Below, piece by piece: positions 36,799 to 49,794 of a stretch of DNA of 64,000 nucleotides. This stretch comes from Isurus oxyrinchus (Eukaryota). The DNA is taken from NCBI GenBank assembly GCA_026770705.1, contig JANJGN010000026.1, forward strand, positions 39,122,001 through 39,186,000. Direction: 5' to 3'. Below the pieces are notes generated by a model. It made no database searches. It saw only the letters and a list, made by a program, of their open reading frames with translations, and was not told the DNA's origin. The position numbers and the translations under genes were made by a program. Positions within the stretch are counted from its first letter, which is position 1, and every line of letters begins with the position of its first letter.

Positions 36799-37545
36799 TG
36801 AGATAAAAACAAAAAACTGCGGATGCTGGAAATACAAAACAAAAACAGAGTTACCTGGAAAAACTCAGCAGGTCTGGCAGCATCGGCGGAGAAGAAAAGA
36901 GTTGACTTTTCGAGTCCTCATGACCCTTCAACAGAGTGAATATTAGGAGATGGGTGAAATATATGCTTGTTTAAGGTGGGGGGGGGGGGGGGTGCGGGGG
37001 TGGGGAGTGGGGTGAGGGTGTGGGGGGAGAGAAGTTGGGGGGAGGTGTGGCTGTAGGGACAAGCAAGCAGTGATAGGAGCAGATAATCAAAAGATGTCAC
37101 AAACAGAAGGACAAAGAGGTGTTGAAGGTGGTAATATTATCTAAATGAATGTGCTAACTAAGAATGGATGGTAGATCACTCAAAGTACAGGTCTAGTGGG
37201 GGTGGGGTGGAAAGGCTACCAGAGTATAAAAGATATAGATTAAAAATAATGGAAATAGGTAGGAAAAGAAAAATCTATGTAAATTATTGGAAAAAAACAA
37301 AAGGAAGAGTGAAGAAATGGAAAGGGGGTGAGGATGGAGGAGGGAGTTTAAGATCTAAAGTGGTTGTATTCAATATTCAGTCTGGAAGACTGTAAAGTGC
37401 CCAATCGGAAGATGAGGTTCTGTTCCTCCAGTTTGCGTTGGGCTTTACTGGAACAATGCAGCAAGCCAAGGACAGACATGTGGGCAAAAGAGCAGAGTGG
37501 AGTGTTAAAATGGCAAGCGACAGGGAGGTTTGGATCTTTCTTGGG
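36799..37545 (-). mobile_element. Penelope-like element 3' part with GIY-YIG endonuclease C-terminus
   Basis: Minus ORF 37348-37605 ...PVACHFN...RKLEEQNLIFRLGTLQSSRLNIE, followed by the same tail as the short insertions. Confidence 0.8.
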
Positions 37546-37651
37546 GGTGGTGGTGCGTGGGAGGTGGTGGTTGAGAGGTGGTAGAGGGGGGAGGCTTCCA
37601 AACAACTACATATTGTGTGGAGTCAGGATGTCACATTGGAAAGATAGGGAG

Positions 37652-38957
37652 AGTTTTTGTACGGGCCTGTCGTGGTCTGGTGACGTTGTGTTTTCCAGGA
37701 TATAGCAATACACAACGTTGTCAGACAATTTCATCTAGTGAATGGTAAAGGGGACCTTTCTTGCAGCTTTATGTAAGTTAGCATATAGCAGACACTTCCC
37801 AAAGGCATTTGTTATGACGTGGCAAGTGATGTGTGTCAGGAGGGCCAAATCCACAAGGGAAACTTGGCCACACTATCACAACTGTTTTGCAATTTGTTTT
37901 TATCGTAAGAAGTTTTGTACACTGAATTCAGAAGTAATGAGTCCACTAGCACCTTTAGAGATTTAAAAAAAAAACTAAATTTGAACATTTATTACCAAAT
38001 GAAAAATTTCAAGCACACACGTTAGATTAGAGTCGCTTAATACTATAACAAATATCAAACTTCCTCATTTACCTGATTTCCAACTACACACTCCCTTTAG
38101 GGAAACATTCCAAAATAGATTTTAAATTTAAAGAAACAAGCCAGCAAAGCACCCAGTCGACAATAGAATTCCAAAGTGTTTTACCTAACTTTAGCTACTG
38201 GACATAATAGACTTTTGCTCATGTGGCTGGAGGCTTCCCCAATGCTGTTTCACACACTCCTGTTAGATCTTACATACACCCCGCCCACAACAAAGCCTTT
38301 CATTCCCTTTTATATATGCTTCTCTCTCCTTGATCTGTAAATTCCATTGTTCCATATGTATTTGCAAATTTACTTTCACCATAATATAAAGGATTTCATG
38401 TTGCCTATGTGACATGTTTCCTTTTGGGAAAAATAAGCACGCTGCATGTCTTGGTTATCTTGCCACTTGTGGACATCCCATCATCTCTTTGAAATCCAAA
38501 CCTTTCCTTCACTTATCTAAAATGCAACTTTCCTTCACACCATATGCGCTAGGACCTCATCCACATTTACTCATTAACATTACACCTCACTCATTTTGAT
38601 AATTTCAAGCTTGCAGTCTATCGGACTCCCATTTAACTAAATCGTACAGACAGAATCGTACACACCCACCCCCATAAACCTACTTTACAATAAACCACCA
38701 TAATATTAGAAAAATTGTTATAGTTTTGTGTCATTTTTTTCCAGAACACACTTCAATATATATTGAAGTTTTCGCTCCGGGTAATGAAAATACCTGAAAA
38801 AGGAAGGAAAAATGTGTGATGTTGAATAATTGCAGTTGAAAGTCACTCTGCCTCTGTAACTCACCGTGATGTTCGGTGGATCCTGAAACACGAGTCCCAT
38901 TTCCTCAGTGGGTTGAACGATTGTGAATATCAGTGTCAAACAGATGAACGGGAGCAT
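37652..38957 (-). pseudogene. TRAV/DV: Intronless leader-V TCR pseudogene split by an insertion
   Basis: 38957-38723 MLPFICLTLIFTIVQPTEEMGLVFQDPPNITVSYRGRVTFNCNYST...FFRYFHYPERKLQYIL; resumes at 37809-37691 ...KVPFTIH*MKLSDNVVYCYILE; RSS CACAACG-23-ACAAAAACT. Confidence 0.85.
37810..38722. mobile_element. ~0.9-kb insertion, solo-LTR-like
   Basis: Interrupts the V exon; begins TGTTATGAC. The CA end and TSD are not cleanly preserved. Confidence 0.45.
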
Positions 38958-41299
38958 GTTATCAGATTAAGAAACACACCAGCAACAGAGGCTCAGGCCC
39001 CCAGTAATAACTTCATAAATTCTGGGCCACATGGTATTGGGCACAATCCACCCTCCAGGTGAACAGTGGAGTTACATGAGGCAGCAGCCTGAAAAATGCA
39101 CAGGAATTTACATCTCTGCACCCTATGAGTGGAAATGGCAGCTTCGATGACAGACTGACACATCTGACAGGTTGTCCGACATATGTCATTTTTCATTACC
39201 CCTCCCCCCCCCCCCCCCCCGAATCATCATCATTGAAGTAGATAACCCAGTCATTATCACCTTGATGTTGATGGGAATTTGACGTGGTAAATTGCCTGTC
39301 ATGTTTCCCACATAAAGGCACTCGAAAGCCTTCTTTGCCTGGAAAATATTTTGTAAAGGTCTGATGTCATGAAAGGCGCTGTATATATGCATGTTTTTCC
39401 TTCTTTATTGTTCTTGAGAGACAGAGTGAGAATCGGAACCAGAAGATGGGACTGAATTCATTATACTGAGTGCAGTGTTAACTGTTAGAATAAAGCTCAC
39501 TATCAGGATTCTCTGTCTCTCTGTATTTTCCTCGCTCACTTTCTGTGTCTTTGTGTCACTCTGTAGCTCTTTATTTCCATATCTCTAGCTTTGAATTCAT
39601 GTGTGTCTTGAAGGGAGTTAAGAAAGAAATTTGCAGACAATTCAAGGGATTTACTAACAACCAGGTTTATAATCATGCGGCTTGCACTATCTTGTATTAC
39701 TTCGCTAGAAGTAGTATATAAAGGCGCTAAGGCAATGGAGTTCCGACAATGTACACTGGATGCCTTTATAAAGCAAAGTGCAAAAAAACCCAAAGTAACG
39801 AGGAATGAAGTTAATCAGGGTGAGAAGTAAAGGCAGGGGAGCATTTAGGCATTAATGACTATAGCACAATATGCTCCAAGATGAGGATAGGGATGGGTAA
39901 CATGTTGACGGAAACCAGCCAACCATCTGGCTGACTGAACGCTAGGCAGGTAATTCCAGTGGAGCGGGAAGGCCAAGTGATTGAGGTAATGGACATAAAA
40001 TTGAATAAACGAATGCTCACGTGCATTTGATCTCCATTCCTGGGAGTTTGTTTACCAGGGCTGCTCCTATTTTTGTTGGTTAAGGGAAATGGAGTTAAGT
40101 TACTGAAGTTGATGGGCAGACCAACAATTCTCTTAGTATATGCCGAGCAGACTCGAGGGGCTGAATGGTCTCCTGTTCGTATACAGAAATATTATGCAGA
40201 GTTTGTCCGATGGAGAGAGATGCAGAGAGGGAGGGAGTCAGATACCCAGAAAAATAGAATGTTGGACTGACAGGGAAATAACGAACAATTTATTTAAAGG
40301 AAAAAGACATTTTTGCACAGTGTGTGACAATGACAGATCAGCTGAGGGGTTTAAAAGACGCTCTTGGAAAGTCAGTTGGTGAAGACGATTGGGATTTAAT
40401 TGGGGCAACTGAAGATAATTGGGATTAAAACCACTACACACTGTAGTGTTTAACAAAACAATATCGTACAATTGGCGGGTGTATGAGCTCCTGGTATTTC
40501 TGTATTACATCTCCCCTTTTTATAGTTAAATAAAAACAACTAATAAATAAATGGAGGTGAGGGGTAACTCTAGAGACCGCCCTCTCAACAAAGAGAGACG
40601 TGCAGATGTTAACCGTTCTCACTGTTCAGTTTCTTAATTCCAAACAGCACAGTTAAACGAGCGGTTTCTGCAGTGCGGTCGCTGACAGTTCGATATCCGT
40701 TGATCAGCAGAACCGAATTGCATCAGATTGAAATCACACAATGGGACAAAATTAAAACACAATTTGCTGGAAATCAAAAATTGAACCGGAGGACTTTGTA
40801 GAATGAGCGACGGGCTCTCTCTCTTTGACTGTCTCTCTTTCCTTCTGCCTCTATGTCTTTCTGTCTCTGTACCCGTCTGCCCCTCTCTCCCTTTGCCTAT
40901 CGTTTTCTCCTTCTCTTTCTCAATTTCTATCTTTGTCTGTCTCCGTTTCCTCTCGCAATCTCTCTCTCTCTCTCTCTTTGACACTCACACGCACACACTT
41001 CCTGTTATCTGCGTCAATCCATGTCAGAACAAAAATACAACAGAAGATCCGAAACCCTTCCACCTTTCCTTCCCTCAGGTTCTAACGCCCCATAGAATTT
41101 GAAAATTTCTTTAAGGTGATCTGCATACAGACCTAATGTTTCGGCTGTTTGGAAACTAGTATCAGAGTGGTGTATTGTTTACATAGTTCAATCAGCCACT
41201 ATTTCTCTTTCATCCAATAGGAGCGCAGACAGTATATGCTGATTTGAATCCAGCACGAAGAAAAAACAGCCCCAATGCGGCTTTAGCGAAACTACTTTG

Positions 41300-41725
41300 C
41301 ACACGGAGAGGAAGGAGGTGGTTACATTGGGGCGCAGAAGTTCCACGGTGGGATTCTGACTTCCGAGTGACTTGATGCATTAGTGTCGGAATGTTTTTCC
41401 TCTATCGTAAAGTCAGGGCCAACCTATTTATAGGAAGTGGATTAATCGCCTGGGTGTGGAGAACGAAATATGGAGGCAGATTTTAAACATAGTTACCAAG
41501 ACTGTAGATGTAGTTATTCTAATGCCCTTATGGTTATCCGCCTGACAGTTCATGGGTGCTGATGCTTTATTCATGGCGATCTGATATTTTCTACCGGGGA
41601 TGGGTTCAATACTTTGCTACACCTGGAAGAGTTTTGAGATTCCGTTAAAAACGGGCTTTGAAACGAACCAGGAGAGAGGCCTACCGCCCAACTACACTGA
41701 GGAGGGAGATAGGGAATGGAGCAAG
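41300..41725 (-). pseudogene. Possible very old V relic
   Basis: Leader-like stretch with gtagg donor, cttccag acceptor, MNC, SW*, and accgtggaacttctgcgcc (resembles TVYFCA); many indels. Confidence 0.3.
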
Positions 41726-43401
41726 TGTGGTAATGCACCAGCGTCGTACAGCCTTTGACGAGAATTTTAACATGTGAAATAATAGCAATTAGAAACTGCA
41801 GATTTACATTTATATAGCAATTTATACAATCACATCACGTGCCAAAGATCCGTACAGCCACTGAAGTGCAGACACTGGTGTAGGAAACACAGGATCAATT
41901 ACCCACAACAACATCCCTCAAGGAGCAAAGAGATAATAGCAGATGATGTTTTATTTTTAGTAATGTTGCACGAGAGATAAACATTGGACATGATACCAGC
42001 AATAACATCCCTGCTTTTCTAAGAAAGAGTGCAACGAATATTATAAGTCCACCTGACAAGGCAGACATTCGAATTTGACGTTGTATGTGAAGTACAACAC
42101 TTCCGAAAGTTCAACACTCCCTCGGTATTGGATTAGAGATTTTGAACTCAACACTCGGGAATGGAATACATGATCACCTGACTCAATGACGTTAATATTA
42201 CCACTTGGACCACATTGTTGAACAATAACAATACCGCCACTGTCACATAGTGCTTATGTTACTGGACTAGGCATTTAGGTGTCTGGGCGAATGTTCCAGA
42301 AGCATCAGGTGAAACATCACCACCCAGGAAATACAAATTAAATTAACCAAATGTACCTGAACGTGAGAAAAGACCGTCATGATCGTTAATGATGCACATG
42401 AAACCACTGGTGAATCGTTAAAACCAACCACCCTTCATTGAAACAAATTTATGACCCAAATCCAGTCTGGCGTTTATGTGGCTACAGGAATATAGTTCAC
42501 TATTAACTGCCCTCTGAAATGCCCTATCAAACCATTCCCCCATTCAGTTAATAGAAAGAATATTAAGGGTTAGCAATAAATATTAGCCTTACCAACGACA
42601 TCTACATCTTGTGAATTAATTGAACAAAAGTCATTAAGTCATAAGCAGAGGTCAGCTATATGCAGATTGTAACAGCACTGACATATTTGTCCAGAGAGAG
42701 ACTCACTCAATAACAACAGGACAACCTTCTAACTGGCCTTAAAATTTCTCACAGATGTTGCTTTTGTTTGGATTAGCGTCGATATGGCGCCTTCACAAAA
42801 TAACATGTAAAGAAAATACAAGGATAAAAACATAACTGAAAGGCTGTGACTATCAGGAAAGGTTGAACAGCCGGGTCTCTTTTCTATAAAAAGATGTGGT
42901 TGAACGGGCACACAAGAGAGTTCTTTAAAGTCATGGAAGATTTCGATAATGTTGGAGCAAGTATTCTGCCTGTGGGAGTCCAAAACCAGAAGTCATAATT
43001 GTCACCAATAAAATCCACCAAAGTAAATTTATTAAACCACTGACTGGCTGAAATGGAACCTCGATACATTCAGGCTGGCTGAAGCATTAACCATACATGT
43101 ATTTAAATAGAACTAAATAAAAATCAAACGGCAAAATGGAAAAAAACATACGCTGATTGTATTAGATCAGGTCATGTGGGAGAAGGTTCATGTGGAGCCT
43201 AAACATCAGCAGAAACCAATGGGCCGAATGACATGTTACCAATAAGCTGTCAGGGGCAATGATATGTGCAAATCCTCATTATCTAACCTAAAGGGCACAC
43301 GTATTGTTAAAAATAATGTCATGGCTGATCTTTGTAGATCAGAGTGACTCTCCCCCTGAGCGAGGTTTTTGTACAGCGGGGTCGCTGTTGCTGTCACAGT
43401 G

Positions 43402-43693
43402 AGTGCCTGGATTACACAGAAATAGACCGCAGAGTCTGAAATCCTCGTCCTTTTGAAAGCGAAATAGCCTCGCTTCTCGGCGATTTCAGGTACAATCTCC
43501 AATCGTCCGACCACATCTTTTCCCTTTCCTGTGCTGCTCATGACCCACTCCAGCCGTCCATTCGGACTCATCCTGTACCAGTGGAAGGCGGATATCTCCG
43601 AGCTGGTGTAGCTACAGTAAAACTGCGCCAGATCTCCCGGCTCGACTGTTCTGGAAAGGGGCGACAGCAGCACTTCATCGGCAAGACTGCTCC
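43402..43693 (-). CDS. TRAV/DV: TCR alpha/delta V exon, open frame; leader not identified
   Basis: tttctccag|GSSLADEVLLSPLSRTVEPGDLAQFYCSYTSSEISAFHWYRMSPNGRLEWVMSSTGKGKDVVGRLEIVPEIAEKRGYFAFKRTRISDSAVYFCVIQA; RSS CACTGTG-22-ACAAAAACC (43401-43364). Confidence 0.85.
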
Positions 43694-44942
43694 CTGGAGA
43701 AACATGAAGAACGCCTTAATAATGCTTCACCAGTTTTGTTGGTCTGGAAAACAAGAGGTTGGATTCCAGTCGGTCTGGAAAATTGCAAATCAACAATAGC
43801 TCATATGAAGACACAGAATACATTGTTCGGGACCAAGTTCACCACTTAATGTGCGAGATATCATCATAAAATTTTGCAGTGCATCGTTGCAACACCGGCC
43901 CTCTGAAAGACGCGCACGAGTTCCCTTTCTGTGCCTTTAGAACAGAGACCACATGGACCCTCTGAAATAAAAAAAATTATCTGAGTTGCATAACCCCACA
44001 GTCTAAAGTCGTGTATTTATTTATTGCAGTTATATATAAATATTATATGTTATATGCATATAATAAATATACATGTACATATATATATATAATGTACATA
44101 TAATATATATATGTGCATATTGCAATTTTAGAAACCATTGAAAGTTAAAGACAGCAAGAAATTGAATCAGAAAGGCAGGGAAAAGAAGAGAAAGAAACAG
44201 AATGAAAGGAAAAAGGGAAAAGGGAAAAGAGCAAACTAAATGAGGGATAATAAGCAATGAATAAAAGCAAGGAAGAACTGGGTTGAATTGATGGTTAATG
44301 TATGTTTTTAAACAGTTAATAAAATAATGTAACTCGACACTTTTAACGCCCTTCTTTAACTTCCTTTGAAATCAAGGGCTATTTGCTCTGGTCACTATAT
44401 TTATAAAAGGAGATGATAAACAGAGCAGGACGATGCATTCTGGTTACTATGTCCAATGGTGTCTGAATTTTTTTTTGAATTTCAACCCTTCCTTCTGATA
44501 ACAGAAATAATTGATGTGGAACTTTAGGCTGCTCTGCTACCTTTGTCGCTGTTACAAAGTCAAAGAGGAAATTTTGCCTCTAAGATTTCGTCATTTGACC
44601 AAGGCGGGAAATACACTGTAAGCAACCGGTATAACGGAAGGAAAAATGTATCATTTATGATCCATGCAATATATCGGAGAGTGGACACATTCCTCCTGAA
44701 GTTTACTGAACAGGGTTGCTAAGAAGCTTTCTAATGTTGAAAATCCATCAAATACGAAAGAAGTATTTGATTCTCTGGTGACACTTTTTTTAATTCATTG
44801 CAATCCTGACTGCAATTCGAAAGTCTTTCGTTGGTTGCAAAATGATTGTGGGAACCTCTTTCTTCGTTGCTTTCTTCCCCGTGTTGTTTTTGCTTTTGCT
44901 GGTTGACTGTCACCCAACTTTCTGAGGCTTTTCACAAGGAGG

Positions 44943-45360
44943 AGATACGGTATGAAGTCGGGCCTGTTCTCAAACATTGTGGTCGATGCAGGGAAATAAA
45001 CACCCCTTTCACTTTTCCTGGTCGGCGTCACGTACGCTGAAATCTGGATGCTGTGGATTTTAAAACAGCTTTGGCGCTGCTCTCCCTTGAATCCACAATG
45101 GGTGTATACCAGGACCTCACACGACCAGTGGATTGTATGAACGAATGTTGGAGCATGCGCTGAACCCGGGCTGAAGCATGACAGAATTTGCTTCCACTGA
45201 TAATATTCAGAAAGGTTGAGAATCCTGGGCCAAACACTAAGCATCCTTGCGGGTAATTTGACAATCTTTATATTCAGACCGTTATGAAAATCCAGTGATT
45301 GGAATGAGATATAGAATACTCACAGAATAGTAACAGCAAGAATACCTGAGTTACACCCAT
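44943..45360 (-). pseudogene. TRAV/DV: Highly degenerate TCR V (short-leader family)
   Basis: 37-nt leader MGVTQVFLLLLF|gtgagt; ...APTFV...RKSERGVYFPAS; RSS CACAATG-23-ACCGTATCT. Confidence 0.65.
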
Positions 45361-47087
45361 GGCTGTTTCTCTTATTGTTGGCCGGTGACGACAGATTACG
45401 GCTCTTTTCTTAACTGATGATGGTTATTTTGGAGACCTCAGCATGTACAAGCATAAAAGCAGATCCAAAGACTCCGCCTCTTACCAGTTGCATTGCCCAC
45501 GCTACAGCATAGGAAGGAGATAAAATATTTGGCATACATCAATAAGATATATTTCGTCATGTAAAGATTATGGAACAGAAACAATATTGCTCCCAAAAAG
45601 TAATGAGGGATTGTTACATGTGTATGAAAACTGGATGGAGAAATTTACTCTCTTCTGCCCCTTCTCAGTTAGTTGTAGCCTCTTGACCAAGAGAACATAT
45701 ATTTTCAGGTGTAGTTTATGACCATTCGACTTGGTATTTGAATTGTTTCACTTTTGTTCAGTTTCTAAGTTTAATGTTTACAGATCACTGCTCTGAGGCA
45801 GCAACATTTCAGGAAGCTTATGTATCAATCCTGTGAACTTTATACACGATAGATGACGATAGGACATCGATTGGGAGGTAGGAGGAAATCTGAAAGGAAA
45901 AATCAACGTGAACAATATCATATTAAGCAGATTGTTTGAAGACAGGGAGGCCATTGCGAGTTAAGGACTAGGTTTTTTTTGAGCCGACATGCCGGAAGCA
46001 ATGGAAATAGGTTCAACATGCTGTTTACGAATTCGAGCAGTCCGCAGAAATGTTGCGTTGTACAGATGGTAATAATTCGTCAGTTAGAATATTTTTATAC
46101 ACATTCCTTCACGGGATATGGGTGTGGCTGACAAGGCCAGCATTTTTTGCACACCGCTATTTGCCATTGAACTGAATGGCTTGCTAGGCCATTTCAGAGG
46201 ACAGTTAAGAGTCATTGATGTGCCACTGGAGTCACAAGTAGGCCAAACCGGGTAAGAACGGGTGAACCGGGTGATTTCATTTATGACAAAAATTTAAATT
46301 AATCGCCAACATTACTGAGACTAACTTTCAATTTCAACCTTATTTTGAATTGCAATTAGAATCTACTGGCTGTTATTTGAAACCGCTTTCCTAGTGCCTA
46401 ACCCTAGTCTTCTAGCTTACCAGCCCAGTGACTCGTCCACCGTCTCCAATGAAGATTCTAAGGAGGCATTGCCGAGGAGGAAATTGAGTCCAGCTCTTCA
46501 GTTTCAGTGATGAGAATTAAGAAAGTAGCTAAAAAAATATATTTTCATTGCTTTTGATCTGGAAAAAGGGGTCTGGTTGTGATATTTCAGAAATGTATTG
46601 CAAATTAAATGAAGTGGAAATGATCCGTACATTATAGTGTTTTAAATTAAGCAGCAGGGAAAAAACAAGTGGACACAGATTCAAACTGGTGAAAGATAAT
46701 TTTGGAGCTGCTATCAGGATATGGTTTACAGAGAGAGCGATCAAGATTTGGAATGGCTCCTGATTCTCATTCAATTGTACAGGAAATTACAGAGAGTCAT
46801 AATAGATTCTCATTGTTAATTTCTGCGTTAGGCACAGAGGAAGTAAATATAAGTCATGATTCTTGTCTTTCCAATAAACTCTGAGATTTTTGTCTAACTG
46901 CTGTCATTTAAACTTTGTTCTGACTAGTTTTAATCGTTTGTAAACGCAATTTAAAATTACAATCTATTCCAATTTAATGAGTGGGTCTCACCTCTTGTTA
47001 TTAAGTACTCTGCTTCGTTGCAATTTTAAGAAAATCCCCGTGAATCTCAGTGGAGGCTGCGTTACTGTTTCCGTTTATTGGTGTGAG

Positions 47088-47102
47088 AGCGCCCTCTGGT
47101 GA
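47088..47102 (-). promoter_or_regulatory. CTCF-like motif downstream of V RSS
   Basis: TCACCAGAGGGCGCT, about 26 bp beyond the nonamer position. Confidence 0.55.
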
Positions 47103-47127
47103 GCGCTAATTGGGACTCTAAGCGTGG

Positions 47128-47435
47128 ATCTCTCTCCAGGATACGCGATGTCGCTGCGTCAGTTTGGACTCCATGGCACAGAAATCCAGGACAGTGTGAG
47201 AGATAAGTGTGTGACTGATCTTCAGTTCAGTATTCCTGGTAATTTTGTTAACATAGAAGAGAATAGATCAGTGAGTGACGTGTAGGTTCCCATTTATATT
47301 ACTCCAGATAAGATGAACTATGGATTGTGGAGACTGGCCTTGTTTCTGGCTGTACCAGTTCGCGAAAAGGCGAGAATTGTTGGTCTTCAAGATACTACTA
47401 GGTGTGAAATGACTTTCCCCTTCAGACGTCAAAAG
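47128..47435 (-). pseudogene. TRAV/DV: TCR V pseudogene (family of the 6.8-kb and 63.3-kb V)
   Basis: EGESHFTPSS...NWYSQKQGQSPQSIVHLI...H*...TELKISHTLISHTVLDFCAMES; RSS decayed (CAAACTG). Confidence 0.8.
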
Positions 47436-47469
47436 AGACACGCGGGGAATGGATTTTTACTGGGGAAAC

Positions 47470-47676
47470 AAATTCTATTATTTCATTGGACGGGTGCGTC
47501 ACTGGCAAGACCAGCATCTGTTGTCCATCCTGAGCGGAGATGCAATGAGCAGTGGAGCAATGCTGTTCAGTTTGATGATCCCTGAGGCTGTAAAACTGCA
47601 GTCTGGTAAATACTGCTGTCTGATAAATTCTATTTCGGGGCAGGAATACAGATCCTCGTTCCACTCTGCAGTAAGT
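47470..47676 (+). pseudogene. Putative germline-joined V-J exon relic (3' part)
   Basis: LFSLMIPEAVKLQSGKYCC followed, after one frameshift, by KFYFGAGIQILVPLC and a phase-1 donor a|GTAAGT (47671). No RSS between the V-like and J-like parts. Confidence 0.5.
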
Positions 47677-48259
47677 CTAAACAATGTCAAACTTGGACAG
47701 CGGCAGCAATCTGCCCAATAGCACAGGATAAGTAAGCCGGCTCAGACGGAGAGCAACAAACGGAAGCTGTGGCTGGAGTATTTGCCGTTTCAACCTGTTA
47801 GTTGGAGCTATTAAGAGAAATATTTAAGCTTGTACTTCAGTGCAGATGTCTTTCAATAAAATACCTGCCCACTGACAATTCGAGCTCCCCACAGCCGATA
47901 TAAATGCCATGGGTTCCGCAGGGATTCGACACAAGGATAGAATGTTTCCAACAAAGACCATTTCCATATACATTAGAAGGGAAGTTATTGACAGGCTGCA
48001 CCGGAATGGTAGAATATTAACAGTCGATGAGTTCAATGGTGCTGAAGTGAGCTGCTTATTCCAAATATTTAGAATATATTGACGTTAAATGTAACCATAT
48101 TCACAGTAATGTACTAACGATGAAGACAGAGTTCTGAGACTTCAATTTCAAGTTAATGGCTGCATTTTAATGCAATTTTCTTAATCCTTTAATAACCATT
48201 ATTAAAGAACACTGTTGGCTGTCTGCGCCCATCTCTGGCATGCAGATGATCAAACCTAG

Positions 48260-49068
48260 TCGCCTACTGCAGTTTCAGCCCAGCTCTTTGTCTCTGTGGG
48301 TTTCAGTGCGCAGTAATACACCGTGGAATCTCTGTTCTGTTTTAGACACTTTCAGCCAGACGGTGCGATTCACATAATCCAACTCTGCTGAAAAACGGTC
48401 CCCACGAAATCTTCTGGTGTCCTCGCTGTACCTATTCCTCTGCAGCAGATACTCCATGGATCCGCTGGGATACTGACGGTACCGGAATAGGTAATAATTG
48501 CCAGTGCTTGTAGCTGTACAATTAGAGAACAGCTGAACATCGTTTCCTTCACTCTCTGTGACTGCAGCCGGTGTCTGTGAAACAGAGTCTCCTCCACAAT
48601 GTCCTGTAAGAGACCAGAGAGATATTCAATTACACAATGTCACTTCATTAAGTCTCCCCCAGAATCGGTCTGTTACCCTGAACAATAACCTGAGAAAAGA
48701 ATCAGGGCAGCTCAACGTGTATACATTTCCCACAGTTCAGGGGCTGTACCGAGAAACAGTTTGGACGGATTAAATAAACCTTCCTTTAATGAACTTTTGG
48801 CAACTTCTCTGGAGATCAGTTCCTCGCCTTCGTTTCCTGCAATTTGGAGGGAAAACTGAAAACTTCCAATGGGTTAAAAACTCGAGTATTTGTCAAAGTC
48901 CATGGATACCAATGATTTATTTCTCTGGGATCAATCCATTCTTACCTATGTATTGAGCGAACTGCTCGATTAAACGCAATGTTTCGTGATGATGAGAAAC
49001 ACAGATGTGAAACTATCGGTTAACAGAGCTGCCGTTGTGCGGAATAAATACAAAGTAACAGGAGACAC
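48260..49068 (-). pseudogene. TRAV/DV: TCR V pseudogene (inverted paralog of the 25.2-kb V)
   Basis: GHCGGDSVSQTPAAV...; C23->S, W41->R, frameshift before DSTVYYCALKP. Leader start is GTG and its donor is lost. Heptamer CACAGAG, nonamer destroyed. Confidence 0.9.
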
Positions 49069-49794
49069 GTTTGCACAGAATTCGTGGCGGAATTGAGCAG
49101 GAGGGGCTGAAGTTGAAATTGCTTTAGTCAAGAATTGGGAAGAGATTGAGCCACCCTGCTGATTGGTTTGGTCCTGGTTGCGTCATCAGTTCACAACCAA
49201 ACATCTTAAAACTCATTTGTCTTCAATTAAACCGACGATCTCACAACTCCTTGGATCTCCAATCCTTCGGCGAGGGGAGAAATGGACAAAGTGAATTTGT
49301 TCACCTCAAATCTGAGTACTGGGCGATGATTAAACCTAATGTTGGCCCTTTGACAGGTTTAATCTGTAAGGCAAGGACAGAGAAGGAAAACAGTTCACAT
49401 TGTTCTGGTAGGGAAGCCGGAGCCCCGAATCGAAGGAGCTGCCTCTCTGACTATGCGTACAGCCCGCTCCAGATGCAGACAGCCAGTGGGGACTGGGGCA
49501 TTTAAATACAGCAAGGCGGTAAATAGAGAAATGCCGCATTTGAAATGAATTAAATGGTGAAAGGGAGGGAATTGGCTGTTTGATGGATTTTAGTAGAACG
49601 GGAGTGTGTGGACAACGTATTTGCTCAACAATCTTCGATTAACTGATCTTTAGCAATACTTACAGGAAATGTATATTGAAAATAGCCAAGTTCACATGAA
49701 TATATTTGTTAATTAACAGTACCACAGACATCCATTGGATGTTGATTTCTGAATTCAAAATTAAGCGATTAAAAAAAACAAATCAAGCCTTCAC

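Noticed and set aside
47313-47470. Plus-strand ORF with signal-peptide-like start (MNYGLWRLALFLAVPV...MTFPF) as the 5' half of the VJ-like exon
   Set aside because: The same DNA is the antisense of a clear minus-strand V pseudogene (WYSQKQGQSPQ), so the resemblance is coincidental.
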